Positions 57,131 through 64,000 of a stretch of DNA of 64,000 nt are shown one piece after another (the stretch's first letter is position 1; the number at the start of each line of letters is the position of its first letter). Under the pieces are notes generated by a model, which saw nothing but the letters and a program-made list of their open reading frames with translations, was not told the origin of the DNA and made no database searches. Source of the DNA: Dehalococcoidia bacterium (lineage in GTDB: Bacteria; Chloroflexota; Dehalococcoidia; UBA2979); assembly GCA_965219085.1 (NCBI GenBank), contig OZ244720.1, positions 2,944,001-3,008,000 on the forward strand. The letters are read 5' to 3'. Position numbers and translations under genes: made by a program.

Positions 57131-57936
57131 CCACGCTACGTACCGCCGACCTGCTCGCCTTCGCCCTCTCCCTCGCCGACGCCGCCGACGCGATCGCGAT
57201 GCGCGACTACCGCACCGACCACGCCGTCGAGCGCAAGGACGACGGCACGTTCGTCACGCCCGCCGACCGTGAGATCGAGGCGCTGCTGCGCGAGCGCATC
57301 GCCGAGGCGTACCCGGGCCACGCCGTGCTCGGCGAGGAGCAAGGCGGCGACGGGGGTGGGGACGCCGAGGCGCGCTGGATCCTCGACCCCATCGACGGGA
57401 CGCATAACTACATGCGCGGTGTGCCGATCTGGGCCACGCTCATCGGCTGCGAGCGCGCCGGGACCATCGAGGTCGGCGTGGTCTCCGCGCCCGCGCTCGG
57501 CACGCGCTGGTGGGCGGGCAGGGGCCTCGGCGCGTACAGGGGTTCGACCGGAGGTAGGTCCGGCGCGGGCGATCGCATCCACGTCTCCGATGTCGCGACG
57601 GTGGCCGAGGCGCAGGTGCTTGTCGGCGAGCTCGTTTCAACCCTCGAGCGCTGGCCGGGGGCGCGGGCGCTGCTCGCCGACGCCTGGCGCGTACGCGCGC
57701 CGGGCGACTTCTGGGGCTTCTGCCTCGTCGCCGAGGGCGCTGCCGAGGTGATGCTCGAGGGTGTCGACCTGCACCCGTGGGACCTCGCCGCGCTCATCCC
57801 GATCGTCGAGGAGGCGGGTGGCCGCCTCACCGACGCCGAGGGCGGCCCTCTGCAGGGTGCGGGCCCGGTCGTCGCCGCGAACGGGCGGCTGCACGACGAG
57901 GTGATGCGACGCCTCGCCGGCACCGGAGCGACATAA
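57127..57936 (+). CDS. hisN: Inositol monophosphatase-family histidinol-phosphatase
   Basis: KDDGTFVT.AD, GEE, WILDPIDGT.NY.RG.P.WATLI, GDFW, WDLAA; his operon context. Confidence 0.88.
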   Translation: MTTLRTADLLAFALSLADAADAIAMRDYRTDHAVERKDDGTFVTPADREIEALLRERIAEAYPGHAVLGEEQGGDGGGDAEARWILDPIDGTHNYMRGVPIWATLIGCERAGTIEVGVVSAPALGTRWWAGRGLGAYRGSTGGRSGAGDRIHVSDVATVAEAQVLVGELVSTLERWPGARALLADAWRVRAPGDFWGFCLVAEGAAEVMLEGVDLHPWDLAALIPIVEEAGGRLTDAEGGPLQGAGPVVAANGRLHDEVMRRLAGTGAT

Positions 57937-58067
57937 GCCCGCAGTCCGGCGGCAACGCCCCGATACCCCGTCGCAAACGCTACAATCCGCGCGTCGCCAC
58001 GCCCCGATCGGGCGTGCCCCGGTCGGTCTGCCTCTCCGCGCGCGCGACGACGGCAGAGGAAACCTCG

Positions 58068-59468
58068 ATGCTGACGAACGCGCTCTCGCGACGGCGGCCC
58101 GCGGCTCTCCTCGCCGCCTCGGGCGTCCTTGCCCTCGTCCTCTTTCTGCTGATGTCAGGCCGGGCCTACGCGCAGGAGCAGGCGGTCGGGGACGAGCTGC
58201 AGTTCATCCTCAACACGTTCTCGTTCCTGATCTGGGGCGCGCTCGTGATGTGGATGTGCGCGGGCTTCACCATGCTCGAGTCGGGCTCGGTGCGCACCAA
58301 GAACGCGTCGATGATCTGCCTCAAGAACATCGGCCTCTACTCGATTGCCGGGCTGGCCTACTTCTTCATCGGCTACAACCTGATGTACGTCGACATCGTT
58401 GGCGGCGTGATCGGCTCCTTCCACCTGCTCTACGGGCCGACCTCGGCGGAGATCGCACTCGTGGGCGGCGAGGGCGACGCAGCGGCCGTCGTCGCGAGCG
58501 CCGACTACTCGACGATGTCGGACTGGTTCTTCCAGATGGTGTTTGTGGCGACGGCCGCCTCGATCGTCTCGGGTGCGCTGGCCGAGCGGGTCCGGATGTG
58601 GACGTTCTTCCTGTTCGTCCTGATCCTCACCGCCGTCATCTACCCGATCGTCGGCGCGTGGACGTGGGGCGGCGGCTGGCTGGACGAGCTCGAGTTCCAG
58701 GACTTCGCCGGCTCGACCATCGTGCACGGCGTCGGCGGCTGGGCCGCACTCGCCGGCGTGCTCGTGGTCGGCCCGAGGCTGGGCAAGTTCCGCCGCGACG
58801 GCACGCCGCGGCCGACGCCGCCCTCGAACATCCTGGTGGTGACGCTGGGCGTCTTCATCCTGTGGTTCGGGTGGTTCGGATTCAACGGCGGATCACAGCT
58901 CGCGCTGGGTAGCGCCGGCGACGCGGTGGCGATGAGCCACGTGCTGGTCAACACGAACCTCGCGGCGTGCGCGGGGGTGATGGCCGCGCTCGTTGGGTCG
59001 CGCTACATCCTCGGCCGCATGGACCTGTTCGCCGGCCTCAACGGCGCGATCGCCGGGCTCGTCTCGATCACGGCGGGGCCCGACATCACCGAGCACTACT
59101 GGGCGGTGATCATCGGCGCGGTCGGCGGTCTGATCTGCACCGCCGGGCTCAAGCTGTTCGAGCGCCTGCAGCTCGACGACGTGGTCGGAGCGGTGCCCGC
59201 GCACCTCTTCGCCGGCATCTGGGGCACCCTCGCCGCCTCGATCGTGGCGGGGGCGAGCATCGGCGTGCAGCTGCTCGGCGTGGTGTCGGTCGGCGCGTTC
59301 GTGTTCGGGACGTCGTGGGTGCTGTGGCAGGGGCTCGCGAGGACGCTCGGCATCCGCGTGGCGCCGGCCGTCGAGCGGCTCGGGCAGGACGCGGGCGAGC
59401 TGGGCATCGAGGCGTACCCGGAGTTCGTGCTGATGCCCGAGGAGTTCTACGACGACGGCGAGGAGTAG
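58068..59468 (+). CDS. amtB: Ammonium transporter
   Basis: AGFTMLESG, FFQMVF, SGALAER, DFAGSTIVH, LWFGWFGFNGGS, DDVVGA.PAH. Confidence 0.96.
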   Translation: MLTNALSRRRPAALLAASGVLALVLFLLMSGRAYAQEQAVGDELQFILNTFSFLIWGALVMWMCAGFTMLESGSVRTKNASMICLKNIGLYSIAGLAYFFIGYNLMYVDIVGGVIGSFHLLYGPTSAEIALVGGEGDAAAVVASADYSTMSDWFFQMVFVATAASIVSGALAERVRMWTFFLFVLILTAVIYPIVGAWTWGGGWLDELEFQDFAGSTIVHGVGGWAALAGVLVVGPRLGKFRRDGTPRPTPPSNILVVTLGVFILWFGWFGFNGGSQLALGSAGDAVAMSHVLVNTNLAACAGVMAALVGSRYILGRMDLFAGLNGAIAGLVSITAGPDITEHYWAVIIGAVGGLICTAGLKLFERLQLDDVVGAVPAHLFAGIWGTLAASIVAGASIGVQLLGVVSVGAFVFGTSWVLWQGLARTLGIRVAPAVERLGQDAGELGIEAYPEFVLMPEEFYDDGEE

Positions 59469-59484
59469 CCGTCGCGGGCGAGCG

Positions 59485-59751
59485 CTATCCGGCGCTCTCG
59501 ACCTGGGCCACCTCGAGCTCGAAGTCCTCGATCACCGGGTTGGCGAGCAGCCGCTCGCACATCTCCCGCGCCGTCGCCGCCGCCGCCGCCTCGTCGGGGG
59601 CGTCGAGGGTGACCTCGATGCGCTTGCCGACGCGCACCGACTGCACGCCGTCGTAGCCGAGGTCGCGCAGGCCGCCGGCCACGGCGAGGCCCTGCGGGTC
59701 GTTGACGAGCGGCTTGAGCATCACGCGGATGCTCGCGAGGTACGTCGTCAC
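59485..59751 (-). CDS. purS: FGAM synthase subunit PurS
   Basis: LKP.VNDPQG, VRVGK, MCERLLANPVIEDF. Confidence 0.95.
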   Translation of the reverse strand: MTTYLASIRVMLKPLVNDPQGLAVAGGLRDLGYDGVQSVRVGKRIEVTLDAPDEAAAAATAREMCERLLANPVIEDFELEVAQVESAG

Positions 59752-60662
59752 GAGGCGTCCGGGAGCGGCTCGCCGGTGATCAGCCGGTATGCCTCCGTGT
59801 AGCGCTGCGAGCTCGCCTCGACGACCTCGGGGGGCAGCTCGGGCGCGGGCGGCTCGCGGTTCCAGCCGGTGCCGCTCGCCCAGTCGCGGACGTACTGCTT
59901 GTCGAACGAGGGCTGGCCGTGGCCCGCCTGATAGCCATCCATGGGCCAGAAGCGCGACGAGTCCGGGGTGAGCGCCTCGTCGATGAGCGTGATCTCGCCG
60001 TCGATGATGCCGAACTCGAACTTCGTGTCGGCGATGATGATGCCGCGCTCCTCGGCGACGCTCGCCGCGTAGCGGTACAGCGCGAGCGAGCGCAGCTTCA
60101 CGACGTTGGCCGTGTCCTCGCCGATGAGGTCCACGACCTCCTGGAAGGTCATCGGCATGTCGTGGCCGGTCTCGGCCTTGGTCGTGGGCGTGAAGATCGG
60201 GTCGAACAGCTGCTGCGACTCGATGAGGCCCCCGGGCAGCACGACGCCGCAGACCGACCCGGACTGCCGGTACTCGGCCCAGCCCGAGCCGGTGATGTAG
60301 CCGCGCACGACGCACTCGACGGGCAGCGGCTGCGCCTTCCTGACGATCATCGAGCGCCCCGCCAGCCCGGCCTCCCCGGCGTTCACGGGCGTGCCGCCGA
60401 GGTCGAGCGTGTCGCCGGCCTCGACGACGGAGATCATGTGGTTGGGGACTACGTCGGCGGTGCGCCCGAACCAGTGGGCGGAGAGGCGCGTGAGCACCTC
60501 GCCCTTACGGGGGACACCGGTCGGCATCACGACGTCGTAGGTGGAGACACGGTCGGTGGCGACCATGAGCAGGCGGTCCTCGCCGAGGTCGTAGAGCTCG
60601 CGCACCTTGCCCTCGTGCATCTTGCCGGGCAGGTCGCTGCGCAGCATCACCGGTGCGGTCAT
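59748..60662 (-). CDS. purC: SAICAR synthase
   Basis: GKVRELY, TDRVSTYD, ECVVRGY, FTPTTK, DTKFEFG, DE.LTPDSSRFW, DKQ. Confidence 0.97.
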   Translation of the reverse strand: MTAPVMLRSDLPGKMHEGKVRELYDLGEDRLLMVATDRVSTYDVVMPTGVPRKGEVLTRLSAHWFGRTADVVPNHMISVVEAGDTLDLGGTPVNAGEAGLAGRSMIVRKAQPLPVECVVRGYITGSGWAEYRQSGSVCGVVLPGGLIESQQLFDPIFTPTTKAETGHDMPMTFQEVVDLIGEDTANVVKLRSLALYRYAASVAEERGIIIADTKFEFGIIDGEITLIDEALTPDSSRFWPMDGYQAGHGQPSFDKQYVRDWASGTGWNREPPAPELPPEVVEASSQRYTEAYRLITGEPLPDAS

Positions 60663-60707
60663 CGTGCGTCCTCTCCGTGGGTGTGTCGGTTCATCGTGGT
60701 GCGTGCG

Positions 60708-62003
60708 TCACGCGAGCCCGATGCGGGCGAACGTGGCGTCGACGTGCTCGAGGTAGGCCTCGACGTCGAACAGCGCCTCGAGCGCGTCGGCGTCGAGGAG
60801 TTCGCCCACGTCGTCGTCCTCCTGCAGCAGGCCGAGCAGCGGCGTCTCCTCGCCGAGGGCCTGGAGCGAGCGGCGCTGGACGATGGCGTACGCGCCCTCG
60901 CGGCTCAGCCCGGCCTCGATCAGCGCGAGCAGCACCTTCTGCGAGAACACGAGCCCCTGTGTCGCGTCGAGGTTGCGGCGCATGCGCTCCGGGTAGACCT
61001 CGAGGCCTGCCACCACGCCGGTGAAGATGTGCAGCATGTACGAGAGCAGCCCCGTCGCGTCGGGGAACACGATGCGTTCGACCGAGCTGTGCGAGATGTC
61101 GCGCTCGTGCCACAGCGCGACGTTCTCGAGGCCGGCCGAGGCGTAGCCGCGCAGCGTGCGCGCGAGCCCGGCGACGCGCTCGCACAGCTCCGGGTTGCGC
61201 TTGTGCGGCATCGAGGACGACCCGGTCTGCCCCTCCGCGAACGGCTCGGCGACCTCGGCGATCTCGGTGCGCTGAAGGCCCCGGATCTCGGTCGCGAACT
61301 TCTCGAGCGACGCTCCGAGACCGGCGAGGACCGAGAGGAAGAAGGCGTGGCGGTCGCGCTGGATGACCTGCGTGGTCACCTCGGCGACGCGCAGGCCGAG
61401 CAGGCGGCAGGCCCGCTCCTCGACCTCGGGCGGCACGGTGGCGTGCGTGCCGACGGGGCCCGACATCTGCCCGACGCCGGCGGTGTCGCGCGCGCCCTGC
61501 AGCCGCTCGGCGTGGCGGTCGAGCTCGGCGACCCACACGGCGAGCTTCAGTCCGAACGTCGTCGGCTCGGCGTGCATGCCGTGGGTGCGCCCGGCGCAGA
61601 CCGAGCGCTTGTGCTCGACGGCGCGCCGCGCCACGGCGTCGCGCAGGGCGCGGACCTGGCCAGCGATCACGTCGGCCGCCGCGATGAGCTGGAGCGACGT
61701 GGCCGTGTCCCACACGTCGTTCGAGGTCAGCCCGTAGTGGACCCAGCGCGACTCCTCGCCGAGCGAGTCGGCGACGGAGCGCAGGAACGCGGTCACGTCG
61801 TGGTGCGTCTCCTCGATGTAGCCCCCGATGTCGTCGACGTTGATGGTGGCGTCCTCGGCGATCCGCTCGGCGTCCTCGGGTGGCACGACGCCGATCTCGG
61901 CCCACGCCTGGGTGACGGCGATCTCGACCTCGAGCCAGCGCTGGAACTTGTAGGCGTCGGTCCAGATATCGGCGATTTCGGGGCGTGAGTAGCGCGGGAT
62001 CAT
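60708..62003 (-). CDS. purB: Adenylosuccinate lyase
   Basis: MIPRY, HDV.AF, HYGLTS, GRTHG.HAEPTTFG, GSSSMPHKRNP, WHERDISHS. Confidence 0.97.
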   Translation of the reverse strand: MIPRYSRPEIADIWTDAYKFQRWLEVEIAVTQAWAEIGVVPPEDAERIAEDATINVDDIGGYIEETHHDVTAFLRSVADSLGEESRWVHYGLTSNDVWDTATSLQLIAAADVIAGQVRALRDAVARRAVEHKRSVCAGRTHGMHAEPTTFGLKLAVWVAELDRHAERLQGARDTAGVGQMSGPVGTHATVPPEVEERACRLLGLRVAEVTTQVIQRDRHAFFLSVLAGLGASLEKFATEIRGLQRTEIAEVAEPFAEGQTGSSSMPHKRNPELCERVAGLARTLRGYASAGLENVALWHERDISHSSVERIVFPDATGLLSYMLHIFTGVVAGLEVYPERMRRNLDATQGLVFSQKVLLALIEAGLSREGAYAIVQRRSLQALGEETPLLGLLQEDDDVGELLDADALEALFDVEAYLEHVDATFARIGLA

Positions 62004-62012
62004 CGGCTGCCC

Positions 62013-62351
62013 CTAGTCGTTCGCGAACTCTTCGCGGACCGGCGAGAACGCCTCGATCAGCGTGACCGCGTCGAGAGCGACGACGTGGTGCGGGACGTCG
62101 CCGGGGATGAGGTACGAGTCGCCCGGCCCGAGCTCGCGGTCGATGTCGCCGATGCGGAAGTGGACGCGGCCCGAGCCGACGTGGCCGACCTGCTCGTGGG
62201 GATGGGTGTGCTCGGGCACCTCGGCGCCCGGTGCGATGCGGATCTCGACGAACGTGATGCGGTCGCCGGAGACGAGCGTGCGGCGCACGACCCCCGGGAA
62301 CTGGTCGACGGGGTTGAGAGCGTCGTAGGTGCGGGTGCGAGGTTCGGTCAT
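62013..62351 (-). CDS. Cupin domain protein
   Basis: PEHTHPHEQ..G, IPGDVPH, FSPVREE. Confidence 0.88.
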   Translation of the reverse strand: MTEPRTRTYDALNPVDQFPGVVRRTLVSGDRITFVEIRIAPGAEVPEHTHPHEQVGHVGSGRVHFRIGDIDRELGPGDSYLIPGDVPHHVVALDAVTLIEAFSPVREEFAND

Positions 62352-62376
62352 CGGTCCTCGGTCGGCTTGTGCCTGG

Positions 62377-62856
62377 TTAGCGCCGGGCCTGCTCCGCGCG
62401 GTAGGCGTCGACCGCCTGCGCGATGTCCGGGTGGCTGAGCGCGAGGATGCGCGCGGTGTAGACGGCGGCGTTGCGCGCGCCCCACGTGCCCACCGCCATG
62501 GTAGCGACCGGCACCCCGGGCGGCATCTGCACGATCGCGTACAGCGCGTCGATGCCTTCGAGCGCCGACGACGCCAGCGGCACGCCGATCACGGGCAGCG
62601 GCGTGTAGGCGGCGATCACGCCGGGCAGCGCCGCCGCGCCGCCCGCGCCCGCCACGATCACCTCGATGCCCGCGTCCTTCGCGCCGACCGAATAGTCACG
62701 CACCACGTCCGGGGTGCGGTGCGCCGACATGACGTGCTGCTCGTACGCGATGCCGAGGCGCTCGAGCAACTCGCCGCAGCCGGACATCGCCTCCTCGTCG
62801 GAGCGCGAGCCCATCAGGATGGCGACGAGCGGGGTGGCGTTGCTGTCGGTCGTCAT
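62377..62856 (-). CDS. purE: N5-CAIR mutase
   Basis: [39 protein letters not shown]. Confidence 0.97.
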   Translation of the reverse strand: MTTDSNATPLVAILMGSRSDEEAMSGCGELLERLGIAYEQHVMSAHRTPDVVRDYSVGAKDAGIEVIVAGAGGAAALPGVIAAYTPLPVIGVPLASSALEGIDALYAIVQMPPGVPVATMAVGTWGARNAAVYTARILALSHPDIAQAVDAYRAEQARR

Positions 62857-62866
62857 CGAGTAGCCC

Positions 62867-63271
62867 TCATCTCATCGTGCCGCCGCCGAGCATCGGGTCG
62901 GGCCCGGCGATGATCTGGGCGAGGCCGCGGCAGACGGCCGCGACCTCGTGACGGTCCGCGAACGCGGCGCCCCCGCCTGTGTCCTCGGTCACGTGCAGGT
63001 TCGAGCGCACGACGGAGGCGAGTTCGTCCTGGTCGGCCTCGCGGACGCGTCGCCGCACCTCCTCGTCGCGGACACGGATGTTGCGGATCACGAACTCGCG
63101 CTCACCGGCGAGGCTCTGCATCACCGCGTCGACCATGCCCTCGGCGTGAAGCCACGCCGCCACGAAGTGGAGGCACGGCGTGCTGATGCGCGTCGACTTG
63201 GTGGACCAGAAATGCTCCTCGAGCGACTGGCGGCACTCAGGCATCGGGCAGCGCAGCGGTGACGGGCTCAT
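62867..63271 (-). CDS. Hypothetical protein with possible Zn-binding Cys/His residues
   Basis: GGAG RBS; CPMPEC...CLH; lies between purD and purE. Confidence 0.55.
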   Translation of the reverse strand: MSPSPLRCPMPECRQSLEEHFWSTKSTRISTPCLHFVAAWLHAEGMVDAVMQSLAGEREFVIRNIRVRDEEVRRRVREADQDELASVVRSNLHVTEDTGGGAAFADRHEVAAVCRGLAQIIAGPDPMLGGGTMR

Positions 63272-63278
63272 CGTGCTC

Positions 63279-64000
63279 CTACAGGCCTCGCCCGCTCGCG
63301 ACGCGAGCCGGCGCGGCGATGTCCGTGCGGTAGTGCGCGCCCTCGAAGTGGATGCGGCGCACGTTGTCGTAGGCGCGCTCGCGCGCCTCGCCGAGCGTCG
63401 GCGCCTTCGCGACCACGCACAACACCCGCCCGCCCGCGGTCACCAGGGTCCCGTCCGCGTCGCGTCCGGCGCCCGCGAGGAACACCTCCACGTCACCGTC
63501 GACATCCTCGACGCCGGTGATCGGCACGCCGGTCTCGTAGCTCCCCGGATAGCCGCCGGACGCCATCACGACGCCGACCGTAGCGTCGTCGTCCCAGGCG
63601 ACGGGCGCCTCGGCGAGGTGGCCGTGCGCGACGCCCTCGCAGATGGTGAGCAGGTCCGAGGTCAGTCGCGGGAGCAACGCCTGGGTCTCCGGGTCGCCGA
63701 AGCGGGAGTTGAACTCGATCACCTTCGGGCCGTCGGCGGTCACCATCATGCCGGGGTAGAGCACGCCGCGGTACGCGCGGCGGGCGGCGGCGAGAGCGGC
63801 GACGGTGCGCTCGGTCACCTCGTGCTCGATCCATGCCGCGTCGTCGTCCGCGAGCCAGCCGGGTGGCGAGTAGACGCCCATGCCGCCGGTGTTGGGACCA
63901 TCGTCACCGTCGAACACCGGCTTGTAGTCGCAGCTGAAGGGCATGTGCGCCACCGTCGTGCCGTCGGTGAACGCGTGCGCCGAGGTCTCCGGGCCGCTCA
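63279..64000 (-). CDS. purD: Phosphoribosylamine--glycine ligase, 5' end outside the window
   Basis: D.GPNTGGMG.YSP, IEFN.RFGDPETQ, GYPGSY, T.GGRVL, YRTDI. Confidence 0.96.
   Translation of the reverse strand, partial: SGPETSAHAFTDGTTVAHMPFSCDYKPVFDGDDGPNTGGMGVYSPPGWLADDDAAWIEHEVTERTVAALAAARRAYRGVLYPGMMVTADGPKVIEFNSRFGDPETQALLPRLTSDLLTICEGVAHGHLAEAPVAWDDDATVGVVMASGGYPGSYETGVPITGVEDVDGDVEVFLAGAGRDADGTLVTAGGRVLCVVAKAPTLGEARERAYDNVRRIHFEGAHYRTDIAAPARVASGRGL

Noticed and set aside
58068-59468. amtB without adjacent glnK
   Set aside because: Solitary amt paralogues are common

Overview
GC-rich bacterial chromosome segment, most likely Chloroflexota/Dehalococcoidia-like (inferred from the FtsK insertion, tandem HisG, expanded FadE-type acyl-CoA dehydrogenases and PNPOx-like protein). 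Housekeeping genes: mutM, panDBC, yebC-ruvCA, uvrB, ftsK, rnj, UDG, tatBC, acpP, nusB, fabGD, rpmF, modABC, rnpB, murE, birA, a his operon, amtB and a pur cluster. Accessory inserts are interspersed: a STAS/HATPase pair, an IS5 with CTAG target duplication, a LuxR-type pseudogene split by a matrixin gene, a TIMP/NTR-like exported protein, three acyl-CoA dehydrogenase paralogues, a HEPN-like orphan, two VapC modules, HicB plus thermonuclease, and a methyltransferase pair inside the his operon. Two of the strongest signals are absent from the ORF track. One is a leaderless His-rich leader peptide with antiterminator and terminator upstream of hisZ. The other is a small self-contained transcription unit at about 46980-47125 with an extended Shine-Dalgarno, a 23-aa ORF inside a long hairpin and its own terminator. 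The his operon also encodes a fused double HisG and a Zn-phospholipase-C-fold protein. All calls are from motif recognition by eye; no database searches were run.
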